Source of the DNA: Minisyncoccota bacterium
GTDB lineage: Bacteria > Patescibacteriota > Minisyncoccia > Phycocordibacterales > UBA5272
Reading direction: 5' to 3'
Assembly (NCBI GenBank): GCA_041651055.1
Contig: JBAZJW010000001.1
Location: 536,506 to 600,505, forward strand
Length of the DNA stretch: 64,000 nucleotides
Each line of letters begins with the position of its first letter. Position 1 is the stretch's first letter. This document shows, piece after piece, positions 26,013 through 36,107 of this stretch. The notes below the pieces were generated by a model, which was not told the DNA's origin, did not search any database, and worked only from the letters and a program-made list of their open reading frames with translations. A program made the translations under genes and the position numbers.

Positions 26013-27826
26013 AGACCTCTTGATTGTGCTACTTCATCTTTCATGGCTTTTATTTGAAGAAGTTGAGACGGATCACTTGTGATAATTTGATCTTCTGTAT
26101 ACGATGCTACAATTTTGATTGCTACATGTTTGAGTCCTGCAAAGAATATTCCCTCCCCTACACCAGATTCGAGAAGTAGGAACTTTTCTTCATCAGTTAA
26201 ATTGAAGGTCTTTTGTACAAGGTCGATAGATGAAGGAGATTGTTTGAGGAGAAGTTGAATGGAAGAGTTTGTGATAATAGGAAGACCATAGGGTGACTTC
26301 AAAAAGTCTCCAACATCTTGGGTTATTGTCGCAAGTCCTAGGTAATATTTTCGTCCACGCTTTGCAAGACCGAAAAGGAAAGATGCAGTGTCATCATTTT
26401 TCATCATAATCCACGCTTCATCCACCACGAGAAGTCGTTTTTTGATGACTTTACGAACGGAATTCCAAATATAATGCGTGATAATGTACATTGCTACCGG
26501 CTTCAGTTCTTCCTCCATGTCTCGAATAGAAAAACATACAAGTTTTTTATTGATGTCTACGTTTGAGGGTTGGTTGATAAAGCCAGACCATGTCCCTTTC
26601 GTGTATTTTGAAAGACGCTGAATTAAGTCTGTTGAACCATCGATTCCACCGAGAACTGTTTCGAAGTCTGAAAGAAGAGGTGGCTCAAGTTTTGTGAAAT
26701 CAACATCACCACTAATATCCTTGAGGGCATAGGTCTCTGTAATTGCCTGGTCAATGATTGCGTCTTCGGCTGGTGTGAGACCTCCTAGCATCACACGGAA
26801 CAATCCCACGAGGTTAACGATGTTTGAACGAAGAACTTCAGACGGAGACTCGTCTTCTGTTGGATGAGGAAGATCAAAAGGATTGATATGGTGCTCACTT
26901 GTAAGTGAAATGTCGAAATATCTACCTCCAACAGACTCTGCGAGATATTCGTATTCACGTTCTGGGTCGATAATAATAACTTCCGTGTCGAACATCAATG
27001 TGCGGAGAATTTCCAATTTTGTAAGATAACTTTTTCCAGATCCAGACTTGGCGAATACGATGGAGTTATAGTTTTCAAGAGAAAAACGATCAAACAAAAT
27101 AAGCGAACCGTTGTGACGGTTAAGTCCGTAGAGTATCCCCCTATCAGAAGAAAGGTCAAAAGATACGAAAGGAAAGAATGATGAAAGAGGAGATGTGTTT
27201 AATTTATTTTTGATGCCGAGCAAGTCTTGTCCAAGAGGAAGCGTTGAAAGAAAACCTGTGTCTTGCTGAAAGAGCGCTGGCTTCACATAAATAAGACGAC
27301 TTTCGAGAATATTTTTGATTTCACTTTCTACCTTGTCCACCTCATCTTCACTGCCACCGTAAATAGAAATATACAAAGAGACTTCAAACATTTTTTCCTG
27401 AGCCTGTGTTAATCCGTCACGCAAATCTTCGAGGTCCTTGTAGGCAACATCAAGCGAAGGGTCTCGTACAAGTCCCTTTTCTTCACGTGTCATGATTTGA
27501 CTCTCTACTTCAGCTACCTTGCGTTGAAATTTTTTCATTACATCACCGGTATCAAGCGGTGTCACGTGAATGGCAACGTCGAATACTTTGTCTAAGTTGA
27601 TGATGGGACTCAACCAATTCTCAGAAAGATATCTCGGATATGAAATGACAAAGTAAGAACGTACGATACTTGTGCCTAAGTTGAGTGATTTCGGTTGTAC
27701 ACCAAGAGCACTTGGTGCGATGATGTCTTTCAATTGCATTTCGGCAACTTTGTACACCTGCTCTGGAAGAAGTGGGGATACCGGAGAGTCTTGTTTTTTT
27801 GAATTGAGAAAATCGAAAAGTCCCAT
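26009..27826 (-). CDS. virB4: Type IV secretion ATPase, VirB4/TrbE/CagE family.
   Basis: 605 aa; Walker A FAKSGSGKSY, Walker B LLVVDEAW; length and motif spacing of Gram-positive-type VirB4 (TcpF/PrgJ-like). Confidence 0.85.
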   Translation of the reverse strand: MGLFDFLNSKKQDSPVSPLLPEQVYKVAEMQLKDIIAPSALGVQPKSLNLGTSIVRSYFVISYPRYLSENWLSPIINLDKVFDVAIHVTPLDTGDVMKKFQRKVAEVESQIMTREEKGLVRDPSLDVAYKDLEDLRDGLTQAQEKMFEVSLYISIYGGSEDEVDKVESEIKNILESRLIYVKPALFQQDTGFLSTLPLGQDLLGIKNKLNTSPLSSFFPFVSFDLSSDRGILYGLNRHNGSLILFDRFSLENYNSIVFAKSGSGKSYLTKLEILRTLMFDTEVIIIDPEREYEYLAESVGGRYFDISLTSEHHINPFDLPHPTEDESPSEVLRSNIVNLVGLFRVMLGGLTPAEDAIIDQAITETYALKDISGDVDFTKLEPPLLSDFETVLGGIDGSTDLIQRLSKYTKGTWSGFINQPSNVDINKKLVCFSIRDMEEELKPVAMYIITHYIWNSVRKVIKKRLLVVDEAWIMMKNDDTASFLFGLAKRGRKYYLGLATITQDVGDFLKSPYGLPIITNSSIQLLLKQSPSSIDLVQKTFNLTDEEKFLLLESGVGEGIFFAGLKHVAIKIVASYTEDQIITSDPSQLLQIKAMKDEVAQSRGL

Positions 27827-27830
27827 AGAA

Positions 27831-28469
27831 TTATTCTTGTGTTATTTTAGGTGCCGAACGATCTTGCTCGCTTGGGTTGAAGAGTTTATAGAAAAGCTCT
27901 ACAACCTCTTCTGTGCCAAGCTTTTGTGCACGAATACCGAAACGGGAAAGCCCTTGCACTACGGTCGCAATGCGTTGCTCGAGTTGTATACGAGCTGCGG
28001 TGAAGGATGCTTGATTTTCGGCGGAAGTATTATTTCCAAGGCCAAACGAAAGCAGTGACGATGTACCTGAAGGCTTTGCGTTTTCTTGGAAATATGGAAT
28101 GACAATAAAGAAATGCTTGGTCATAATGTTTGTCTCGTCTGCAAATTTTTTAATGAACCCCATGTACTCATGGATTTGTATTTTCAAAAGGTCTTCTTTG
28201 ATTTCGGAACTGCGAGATTGAAGTAGTTCCATGTAGGGTTTGATGTTGAGTCTGCGAGATTGAATGAAAAATTCCACAGGGAAATCAAGTGAATTGAGGA
28301 GGGTTTGGAATTGTAGCAAAATAGCCTGTTGTTCGTCCTCGCTCTTAAGAGCGAGGTTGAGTGAATTGGTGATGAGCACTGCACGAAGTTCCCCTGTTTT
28401 GAGTACGACGACACCATCACGAACTCTTTCGATTGGTACAAATTGTTGTGTTGCTGTTCCGACTGCCAT
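27831..28469 (-). CDS. T4SS-cluster hypothetical protein (no TM).
   Basis: 212 aa; 5 nt downstream of virB4. Confidence 0.45.
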   Translation of the reverse strand: MAVGTATQQFVPIERVRDGVVVLKTGELRAVLITNSLNLALKSEDEQQAILLQFQTLLNSLDFPVEFFIQSRRLNIKPYMELLQSRSSEIKEDLLKIQIHEYMGFIKKFADETNIMTKHFFIVIPYFQENAKPSGTSSLLSFGLGNNTSAENQASFTAARIQLEQRIATVVQGLSRFGIRAQKLGTEEVVELFYKLFNPSEQDRSAPKITQE

Positions 28470-28594
28470 GTGAACCTAGTATATCAGACAAGAGAGAAGA
28501 GACGTGTGAGAAAGTACACAAAAGAGAAGAGGCTACTCTTCTCAATATTCAATGAATTTAATAATCAATATTCAAAAGTGATCCAAATACTAGA

Positions 28595-28615
28595 ATTACA
28601 ATGACCGTCATTGCA
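28595..28615. promoter_or_regulatory. Operator-like palindrome ATTACAATGACCGTCATTGCA (also a perfect 49-bp inverted pair at 33133-33181).
   Basis: CAATGACCGTCATTG is self-complementary. Located in the 180-bp gap between operon segments and preceded by AATATTCAA motifs at 28541-28578. Confidence 0.45.
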
Positions 28616-28649
28616 AAAAAACACAATCAACCACCACATAGCTCTCCCC

Positions 28650-29078
28650 CTACTCTTTTTCTTCTTGATTGTGATCAAACACATCTAATCCAAGAGCTAC
28701 ATCGTGTAATCTGTCTTTGTTTGCTTTTGAAAAAATAACTTCTTTAGTTGTGTCTGCTACCACCTTATCGATATGATCATCCCCCACCGCAGGTGTCTCA
28801 GGCTGCTTCCATGTGTAAATCTTTGCACCAGTGTAATATGCGAAAGCACTTTCTAGTATTTCTCCAAAAGAGCGATTATTTATTTTAACAAAAGCGAGCG
28901 CAAGGAAAAGTCCCGCCACAGGAACGATAAGAATAATGGCAATAATTTTAATGGAAACGAATGTCCAAATAAGAAATGAGAAACCTCCAGCTCCGAGCAG
29001 ATACCCGAACTGTTTTAACGTAAGAGGGCCGACGACTTTGTCTTCTGTATCGATGAATTGTGGTACGCGGAATTGCAT
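28650..29078 (-). CDS. VirB3/PrgI-like small membrane protein.
   Basis: 142 aa, two adjacent TMs, N-terminal FIDTEDKVVGPLTLKQFGYL; position next to virB4. Confidence 0.45.
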   Translation of the reverse strand: MQFRVPQFIDTEDKVVGPLTLKQFGYLLGAGGFSFLIWTFVSIKIIAIILIVPVAGLFLALAFVKINNRSFGEILESAFAYYTGAKIYTWKQPETPAVGDDHIDKVVADTTKEVIFSKANKDRLHDVALGLDVFDHNQEEKE

Positions 29079-29152
29079 ATATTTTAGTATACCTCACTTT
29101 ATTGTTTCCTCGTAAAGAGCTAAACAAGAGAAGGAATGTCTTGATTTTTTGT

Positions 29153-29234
29153 AAAATATTCAATAAAACAATAATCAATATTCAGAATTATGCGAAAATG
29201 CTAGTAGATATTAAATATTGTTTTATTGAATATT
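29153..29234. repeat. Inverted pair of the AATATTCAATAAAACAA motif (AATATTCAATAAAACAATAATCAATATTCAG ... AAATATTGTTTTATTGAATATT).
   Basis: The same 17-mer occurs at 11351-11377 and inverted at 13216-13243; TTGAATATTCAA is a 12-bp palindrome. Confidence 0.6.
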
Positions 29235-29985
29235 ACTCTGAGATTTCCCTATACGGATCCACATTGTACTTCGTCGGCGCGGTGCTGTAGGTCGCAGCTT
29301 GAAGTTTTGGCTTCGCCGTTGTCACCCCCTGATCACCGAACATATAGTCTTCCAGTGCGACGGTTTGATCAAGAGAAACATCTTCCTTTTTTTCTATCGA
29401 AGCGATTTGCTCTTGTATATGAGAAAGTCTAGCCTCCACCTCCTCATCATTTGGAATAGATCCTAAGATTTGTAATTGTTCGAGAAGTTGTGAGCGTGAT
29501 CCAGGTGTAAGAACGAAAGGTTTTTTCTGAGCCGGCTTAACCCCTTTCGATACCTCTGACTGATCTTTTACCATTCCTGACTCGCGTTTTGTGGTATCGA
29601 GAATTTCTTTTCGTAATTCGTCGGGAGATCTTTCTCCTTGAAAGACAAGCTCCTTGACCCCACCTTCTGCTTTTCCAAGAATAGAAATGCGGGCCTTTTC
29701 GAGAATACTTTTTTCTAGGTCGGTTGCAATTTTATATGCGTCTTCTGGGGAGACTTTTACAAGATCTTGAAGTGCAAGAAGAACATCTTTAGGCTCAAGT
29801 GCTCCGATAAGAATAAAAGAAATGACATTTGAGAGCGCGACGTATGCGTTTACGGGAAGATTATATGTCTTTCCTAAAATTGCTGTTGCCTTATTAACCT
29901 CATCTCCTTCGATGAGATGTTGAACATCTGCTGGGGCTGCATCGAACAATTCATCTAAGTTTTTTGCTATGTATGGAGGGTTCAT
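29233..29985 (-). CDS. Hypothetical protein of the T4SS-like cluster.
   Basis: 250 aa; hydrophobic segment NVISFILIGAL. Confidence 0.45.
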   Translation of the reverse strand: MNPPYIAKNLDELFDAAPADVQHLIEGDEVNKATAILGKTYNLPVNAYVALSNVISFILIGALEPKDVLLALQDLVKVSPEDAYKIATDLEKSILEKARISILGKAEGGVKELVFQGERSPDELRKEILDTTKRESGMVKDQSEVSKGVKPAQKKPFVLTPGSRSQLLEQLQILGSIPNDEEVEARLSHIQEQIASIEKKEDVSLDQTVALEDYMFGDQGVTTAKPKLQAATYSTAPTKYNVDPYREISE

Positions 29986-29988
29986 AGA

Positions 29989-32961
29989 TTATACAGTTGC
30001 TGCGGCTCCTGCGGGAGAGGGTGTAACAGTTGGAGGCCGTGTTATGGTTTCACCTGATGAGGAAGATCCTCCTTGGGCTTTTTTAATTGTTTCCACCGCA
30101 AGGTCTTCAAAAGGAACAAAGTTGTCTGCTCCTCCACTCTTTGGAGAAGGGCTTGTTGGTGGTGTTGTTATTGAACCTTCTTCCGCCGCATCATCTCCTT
30201 TTTGAGCTCTGGCAATAGTTTCTGCTGCAAACTGTTCTGATGCCTGTTGCTGTTCGTGTGTTTGAGTATCAATAAGATTTATTGCACTTTTTTGTTTTTC
30301 TTCACGTCTCTTCGCTGTTCTTTCAGAAAAAGATTCTATTTGTGGATTAAATGAAGAAGAATTAAAAGTCTTCTGCATGTTCACGACATCGCTTGCCGAC
30401 ATTACAGACGGAGGGTTTGTGATTCCGTTTGGATTTGTCCGTTGAGCATTATTTGGAGGAGGTGTAACACCTCGCACAGGGGCGACGAAGGAATTATTTC
30501 CTACGGCGCCACGTACTCTAGGAGTATTTTGTCTAAAGATTGCAGGTTGTTGATTTGGTTGCCATGGAGTTCTCGGAGTTCCTGCTGGAACATTTCCTGT
30601 CGGTGCAACAAAAGGAGTTCCGGGTGTTGTTGGGTTTGTCGTTTGGTTTTGTGCATTAACTGCCTGAGCTGTCATAACCGCTTGAGTTGCGGCGCTCGGT
30701 TGCCCTTGAAGGTTTGTAGCCATTGTTCCGAAAGCTGAAACTCCAGGACTTACCGTATTTGCTTGCGATGTAATTTGATCTCGAAGACTTTTTGGCAAGC
30801 TTTCAAAAAAGGCATCTTTTCTGTCTCCGTCTTTCATGCTATTGTACTTTTTCACCTGATCTCCTTCCTCTTCTTTTATTTTTGCTGCAGTTATTTGCCC
30901 ATCAGTACGAATTCCTCCGATGTTGGCACCTTGTAATTGCCCTCCACTTGATTTTTGTGTCAGATATTTTTCACGAGCATCTCCATCTTTAATGCTTGCA
31001 TACTTCGAGCGCATTGCCTTATCTTTTTCAGCGAAGGTTTTATCATATGTCGCATCTGATCCTTTGCTCATACCTCCCATGCCCATGATTCCAGCGCCCA
31101 TGCCAGCCTTGGTCAGACCCTTATTCACTGCTCCAATATTTCTCGCGTCATATGTGCTCGTTGCAAGAGAATTCGTGAGAGAATAAAGGCCTCGCCCTGT
31201 TCGACTGCCTTGCATCTTATCCATCCATCCACTGTCTCGTGCGCTCGCCGCGATCTTTCCTGCTGTTCCTCGTGCGAGGAATCCTGCACCCCCTGTCGCC
31301 ACACCGAGACCGAATCCTCCGACTTTACCCATCGCATCTGTGGCAAAGGTTCCTGCTTCTCCTGCGATTTTCTTGGTAACTTTCATTGTAATATTGAGCA
31401 TGATGAGCATCATCGCAAGGTTGAAGAATGTCACGATTGTCCCCTCGCCTGTACCAGAAAGCCCAGATAAAGAACCTGCACTTTGTTGCAAAAGTCCTGG
31501 CTTATTAAACACGTCCATAAATTTTAGAGAAAGCGCAAGCATTATCATAAACACAGGAGCCACAACAAGTTGTTCAAAGAATAGTTTTCGAAGCGTTTTT
31601 GCTTTTTCTCCAAGAGCAGGAATCACACTGTCTACGAAAAGTATAGGAGAAGCGACAGTGAGAAATATTAAAAGTGCCGTACGTACAATTATTATTCCAG
31701 CTGCCATAAAGAATATGTATGCGGCATACAAAACAAAGACGACGGCCATAAGGGCTCCTGCGGTGGTATTGATTCCGCCAACAAGCCCTTTTGACGAAGA
31801 GTCTCCTGCCACTTTAGTGGCGCTCATTACAAGGTCTTGCAGTCCAAGCTTATTCATAATAAGTGCCCCCGGGGTACTCTTTCCTGCGCTAAACAAATCA
31901 GCAAGACTTCCTGAGAGTGCATCTGGACCTACAGCACTTGAGTATATATTTAGTGCAACTATATTAGAGACATCAATGAGCGTGCGCGTGAGCGGGTATG
32001 AAAAGTTTACGAAAAGTGCGAAGATGATAAGCCATGGGAAAAAAGCTTCAAAGGTTTTTTCTCTTCCAATGATATACATGAAACCAAGATACAGCCCCGC
32101 GAACACAATGAAGAGCGATACGATTTGCCGTACAATGGCCCAAATAGGATAAAGGTCGGATGTTGCCCATTTGCTGAAATTAAGAATACCGAGCTGCACT
32201 CCATAGTTGAGAACGTTTGCCCCGAACCACACAAGGAATCCCGCAATCTGAAGGAGTGTGTTTTTAATAATCCACCCAATGAGTGAGTCAATACAGGCAA
32301 CAAGGTTTCCTGAGGCGAGACTACAGTCACTTGGACGAGTGTCACGAACTACCGCCGGAGTGTTTGTGTTTCCTGCAGCTGCTGCAGTAATTGTTGAAGG
32401 GTTGTTTTGAACATTGGCCAGATCGCTTCCCGCAGTAGTATTTCCTGATTTTATTTGTAGAGCAGTTAATAGTGCTCCAGTTTGTATTTCTTTTGTGTAC
32501 TGATCATACGCACCTCTTTGAGGTGCACTTGCACTGTATTTATTGATTAAATTTTTACTAGCTGCACCGTCAACAGAGCTTTGCCAAGCTTGGATGGCTT
32601 TAATTTGAGCATCTACAGCCGGAGTTGCTTTTTGTTTTTCTGCTTCAAAAACAGAGGAGTAAGCGCTAAAACTTAAAAGTTCGGCACTTTTAAAGTCTAA
32701 GGTCGCCTGTCTTTGAATGGTATAAGTTGGAGAGTTTGCGTCTACGGTGAGAAGCTTGTCATCAAGAGCTTTTATGAAGGCATCATGATCAGATTTTACA
32801 ATCCCAAAAAAATAGTCATAAGTTCCTTGAGAATTAAGTGCATTCCCCGTTGCTGTTTGACTGTCTGTCGCTTGTGCAAAAGCTCTCTCCGGCATCACAA
32901 ATCCACCCAACACGCCGACAAACATGAGAGAAATAACAGCATACAACCCTAGTCTTTTCAT
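29989..32961 (-). CDS. VirB6/TrbL-like polytopic membrane protein with large N-terminal periplasmic region and Pro/Thr-rich C-terminal tail.
   Basis: Start set at the MKRLGLYAVISLMFVGVLGG signal (track start 33099 is read-through). At least 8 TM helices in the middle; low-complexity C-terminus. Confidence 0.6.
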   Translation of the reverse strand: MKRLGLYAVISLMFVGVLGGFVMPERAFAQATDSQTATGNALNSQGTYDYFFGIVKSDHDAFIKALDDKLLTVDANSPTYTIQRQATLDFKSAELLSFSAYSSVFEAEKQKATPAVDAQIKAIQAWQSSVDGAASKNLINKYSASAPQRGAYDQYTKEIQTGALLTALQIKSGNTTAGSDLANVQNNPSTITAAAAGNTNTPAVVRDTRPSDCSLASGNLVACIDSLIGWIIKNTLLQIAGFLVWFGANVLNYGVQLGILNFSKWATSDLYPIWAIVRQIVSLFIVFAGLYLGFMYIIGREKTFEAFFPWLIIFALFVNFSYPLTRTLIDVSNIVALNIYSSAVGPDALSGSLADLFSAGKSTPGALIMNKLGLQDLVMSATKVAGDSSSKGLVGGINTTAGALMAVVFVLYAAYIFFMAAGIIIVRTALLIFLTVASPILFVDSVIPALGEKAKTLRKLFFEQLVVAPVFMIMLALSLKFMDVFNKPGLLQQSAGSLSGLSGTGEGTIVTFFNLAMMLIMLNITMKVTKKIAGEAGTFATDAMGKVGGFGLGVATGGAGFLARGTAGKIAASARDSGWMDKMQGSRTGRGLYSLTNSLATSTYDARNIGAVNKGLTKAGMGAGIMGMGGMSKGSDATYDKTFAEKDKAMRSKYASIKDGDAREKYLTQKSSGGQLQGANIGGIRTDGQITAAKIKEEEGDQVKKYNSMKDGDRKDAFFESLPKSLRDQITSQANTVSPGVSAFGTMATNLQGQPSAATQAVMTAQAVNAQNQTTNPTTPGTPFVAPTGNVPAGTPRTPWQPNQQPAIFRQNTPRVRGAVGNNSFVAPVRGVTPPPNNAQRTNPNGITNPPSVMSASDVVNMQKTFNSSSFNPQIESFSERTAKRREEKQKSAINLIDTQTHEQQQASEQFAAETIARAQKGDDAAEEGSITTPPTSPSPKSGGADNFVPFEDLAVETIKKAQGGSSSSGETITRPPTVTPSPAGAAATV

Positions 32962-33132
32962 GGGTTTAGTGTACCACAAGAATCTTGGCAAATTAGTGCA
33001 CAGAGGGTAAGAGAAAGCTAGAAGTTGGAAGCTAAAGGCTAGAAGCTTACACGGGGGAATATTCAACCTGCCTGCGCAGGCAGGTGAAACAATTTTCAAT
33101 ATTCAAACATTATTCAAAATTCAAACGCCGCA

Positions 33133-33181
33133 ATTACAATGACCGTCATTGCACAGGGCCCGCAATGACGGTCATTGTAAT
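33133..33181. promoter_or_regulatory. Perfect 20-bp inverted repeat ATTACAATGACCGTCATTGC / GCAATGACGGTCATTGTAAT with a 9-nt spacer; candidate operator or terminator.
   Basis: Read directly. Preceded by the palindrome ACCTGCCTGCGCAGGCAGGT (33068-33090) and AATATTCAA motifs. Confidence 0.5.
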
Positions 33182-33308
33182 GTGTAATTGTATGTATCTG
33201 TATTTCTCTAAACTTTACACTTTATTTCTTTACACCTTCACCCAGCCCTCCCATCTCTTACCTTTTCACCCTCCCCTTTATTCCTTTACACTCTTATCTT
33301 GTACACTT

Positions 33309-35063
33309 TTACCACATCTCTAGTCGTTGACGTGTAGACGCGCAGTCGGCTTGGTACGTTGTGAGAGCCCCTCCTTCAAGCGAAGCTGTCTCAGCCTCTC
33401 CTTTGTATGTCTGGTAATCCCCTTCTCTTGATATTCCTGAAGTAAGGCTTGGTAATTTTTGAGAATCGACTTGGTTTTGATATGCATTAAAGGTATTTAG
33501 AATTTCTTCACTAGAAAGAGATGCTTCTATTTTGTTCTGTGTGTTTGTTACCAGTGTTTTTGTTGTTCCTATTAGAGAAATTTCTGCTCTAAGTTTTACA
33601 ATAAGTGCGTCATTACTTGCCTTCTTCCCTGTGTAGTAGTTTGTAAATGAAGCCTGTGTCGCGCTCGCTTGTGACTGAGGGTAATCTGCTACAAGCTTGT
33701 CATAACACGCCTTTACGGTATCTATTTGACCTTGAAAGACTTGAACACTAGAAATGAAGCTTTGATCTGTTGTTTCTAGTGTTGCAAGGGACTCTGCGTG
33801 CATAGCGAGCTGGTCTTTTGTCGGCTTGGTTAGTGTTGTCTTTGCTGTAGGGTTGTTCGTTAAATCTTTTACAGGAACTGTCGTAGATGTCGTCGTTGTG
33901 TTATTCGGAGTAACAGCAGTGACGGTGGTCGTTTGTCCACCAACGGTTGCCTGTGCCGTAGAAGCCCCTCCGCCAGAACCTCCTCCACTAAGAGGACTCA
34001 TTATGCCGTTAATAAGACCGATTGTTGTGAAAGCTGTACTGATAAGTGATCCCGCCCCTTTTCCGAATCCTGCAAGTGCAACTTTTGTTGGTCCATCGAT
34101 TGCTCCTTTGAATGAATTATTGAGCACACTCGCTGCTTGCTGTATTTCTTCTTGAATACAAGGAAGGCTTAGAGCGGCTGCCCCCGTTACCGTTACTCCA
34201 TTGGCATCAGTCGTCGTTCTTTTCGTACACACGGTTTTACTTTTTATTCCACCTCCTGCCGCTGTGTCTGCTTTGGCAAGTTCTACTTTATCTGCCGCCG
34301 CCTTATCTATTACTTGCTGAGAGAGTACGGATTTTGTGTATGCGTTATCCCCTCCTGTTGTGGCAAGCCAGTTGTCCCATGAAGGATTTATTGCTGACAC
34401 TGCTTTGATTGCAGCGAGTGTTTTCGGATCTGACAAGCTTCCGCAGAGAGCGTTGTTGAGCTCTGTTTTGCGTGCCGTATATTGTGCTTGTGTATAGTTC
34501 GGATTGACTGACATTACGTCGAGCTTCGCCTGGGCAGAGAGGGCTGCGTCGGTGCACCTGGTTTTCTGTTCTGCCGCCGGAATACCGGAGGCTCCAAGTA
34601 TTGCAAGCTTTGTAGAAAGTGGAGCTGCGTCGAATTTTGTGGTTGCAATAACAGAACCCAAAATACTATTACTATATACGCCATTTTGTTTTGCGATATC
34701 GCCAAGACTTGCGTTTACTACTGCAAGTGTTTTGTTTTGAAGGTATAACTCTGGATTCTTAATGAGAAGTGCCTCTGTCCCAAGAGATCCTTTAATAAGA
34801 TTTTGAATAGCGTCCCCTGACTGCATAATACTGATGAGCGTCATCGCGTCTCTCATTGGAATGAGGACGTTATCATTTATTGTGGCAAGGGTTTGCTGTG
34901 TTGCTGTTATCGGTGTTGCAAAAGCCGTGATGGTTTCTTTCACTGCATCGAACCATCCCTGTACTACATTTTTACAGTTGGAACAATAAATAGCATTTAC
35001 CTGTTGAGGTGTGGAAGAATAGAGAATCGTTGTAAAGAGAACACTGAGAATAATTTTTTTCAT
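33309..35063 (-). CDS. Large secreted protein of unknown function.
   Basis: 584 aa with signal peptide MKKIILSVLFTTILYSS; Ala/Thr-rich. Confidence 0.5.
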   Translation of the reverse strand: MKKIILSVLFTTILYSSTPQQVNAIYCSNCKNVVQGWFDAVKETITAFATPITATQQTLATINDNVLIPMRDAMTLISIMQSGDAIQNLIKGSLGTEALLIKNPELYLQNKTLAVVNASLGDIAKQNGVYSNSILGSVIATTKFDAAPLSTKLAILGASGIPAAEQKTRCTDAALSAQAKLDVMSVNPNYTQAQYTARKTELNNALCGSLSDPKTLAAIKAVSAINPSWDNWLATTGGDNAYTKSVLSQQVIDKAAADKVELAKADTAAGGGIKSKTVCTKRTTTDANGVTVTGAAALSLPCIQEEIQQAASVLNNSFKGAIDGPTKVALAGFGKGAGSLISTAFTTIGLINGIMSPLSGGGSGGGASTAQATVGGQTTTVTAVTPNNTTTTSTTVPVKDLTNNPTAKTTLTKPTKDQLAMHAESLATLETTDQSFISSVQVFQGQIDTVKACYDKLVADYPQSQASATQASFTNYYTGKKASNDALIVKLRAEISLIGTTKTLVTNTQNKIEASLSSEEILNTFNAYQNQVDSQKLPSLTSGISREGDYQTYKGEAETASLEGGALTTYQADCASTRQRLEMW

Positions 35064-35068
35064 AGATA

Positions 35069-36001
35069 TTATTTAGGAGTATATCCTACGGTGAAGACGT
35101 ACCCTTTTTCTTTTGATGTAAAGCTTATATTTTTTGAATCAAAATAATGAGAAAGTTCTTGGTGAATACGAAGCACAGACATTGTGCTATTTTGATATTT
35201 TTGAAAAGCAAGTGTTGCACGAAGTGGGTCCGTGGAGGCGTGTGAAAGGTCTCCTAATGTGTCTCTATATAACGCTATACGGTTAATTGCCAGTAAATGG
35301 TATGCAGAAGCCGACAAAGGAACAGGTAACGCTAGCAACTTTTTTAATTTTGCATCAACTCGAGTGTAATTCTTTGCCAAAGGTGCAAGATCCTCTGCTT
35401 TTTTTGTATCTGTGAAATTTTGTACTGCAGTAAGGTCTTCCAGTGCTGCTTGCTCTGTAATAACATCATCCAGAATTACAGCAACTGCATTTCCATACAC
35501 CCGCACAGTTTCGTTTGCTTCATTTTTTACAACGTTGAGATCTTTAAAAGAATACGTTGTCGGAACCATTTTTGCGGCTTCTTCTGCCATTAATTGATTC
35601 ACGACATTTTGTTGTGATGCTTCATCGGTAATGTTGTTGCTTTCGAGGTATGTCGAAGCAACATAGAGATTTTTTGAAAATGATGAGGTAAGGTTGTTCG
35701 GATCATTAAGTGCCGCTATGGCTTTCGGGTCTGGTTGCGAATTTTGCAATTCTTGAGCCGCTGCAGCACCTCCTTCAGAACTTAGAATAAGTTCTTTCCA
35801 GCTTATTTGTCCGTTGCCATCCGCATCTTTTGCGAAATCATTCACCGTGGTCAACTTATTGAAGTCCACAGGTGTGTAATTGCTTACTTGCGGCTTGACT
35901 CCTATCCACCTTGCAGGAACAAAAGCACTCATAATTAAAAGCATAACGATACCTCCGATAATAAGGAGAGGTTTTGAAGGTGAGACAGGTTGGGGATTCA
36001 T
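35069..36001 (-). CDS. N-terminally anchored extracytoplasmic protein; first gene of the minus-strand block.
   Basis: Start set at MNPQPVSPSKPLLIIGGIVMLLIMSAF (TM); the track's longer N-terminus is leader read-through. Confidence 0.5.
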   Translation of the reverse strand: MNPQPVSPSKPLLIIGGIVMLLIMSAFVPARWIGVKPQVSNYTPVDFNKLTTVNDFAKDADGNGQISWKELILSSEGGAAAAQELQNSQPDPKAIAALNDPNNLTSSFSKNLYVASTYLESNNITDEASQQNVVNQLMAEEAAKMVPTTYSFKDLNVVKNEANETVRVYGNAVAVILDDVITEQAALEDLTAVQNFTDTKKAEDLAPLAKNYTRVDAKLKKLLALPVPLSASAYHLLAINRIALYRDTLGDLSHASTDPLRATLAFQKYQNSTMSVLRIHQELSHYFDSKNISFTSKEKGYVFTVGYTPK

Positions 36002-36107
36002 ATCTGTCAGTATACATTGAAAAAGAATACAAAAGATTGGTATGTTAACATTCTTTCTCCTTGAGACCAGGCTGGTCTTTTTTTGTTTTAAATATTTTTT
36101 TAAAGTC

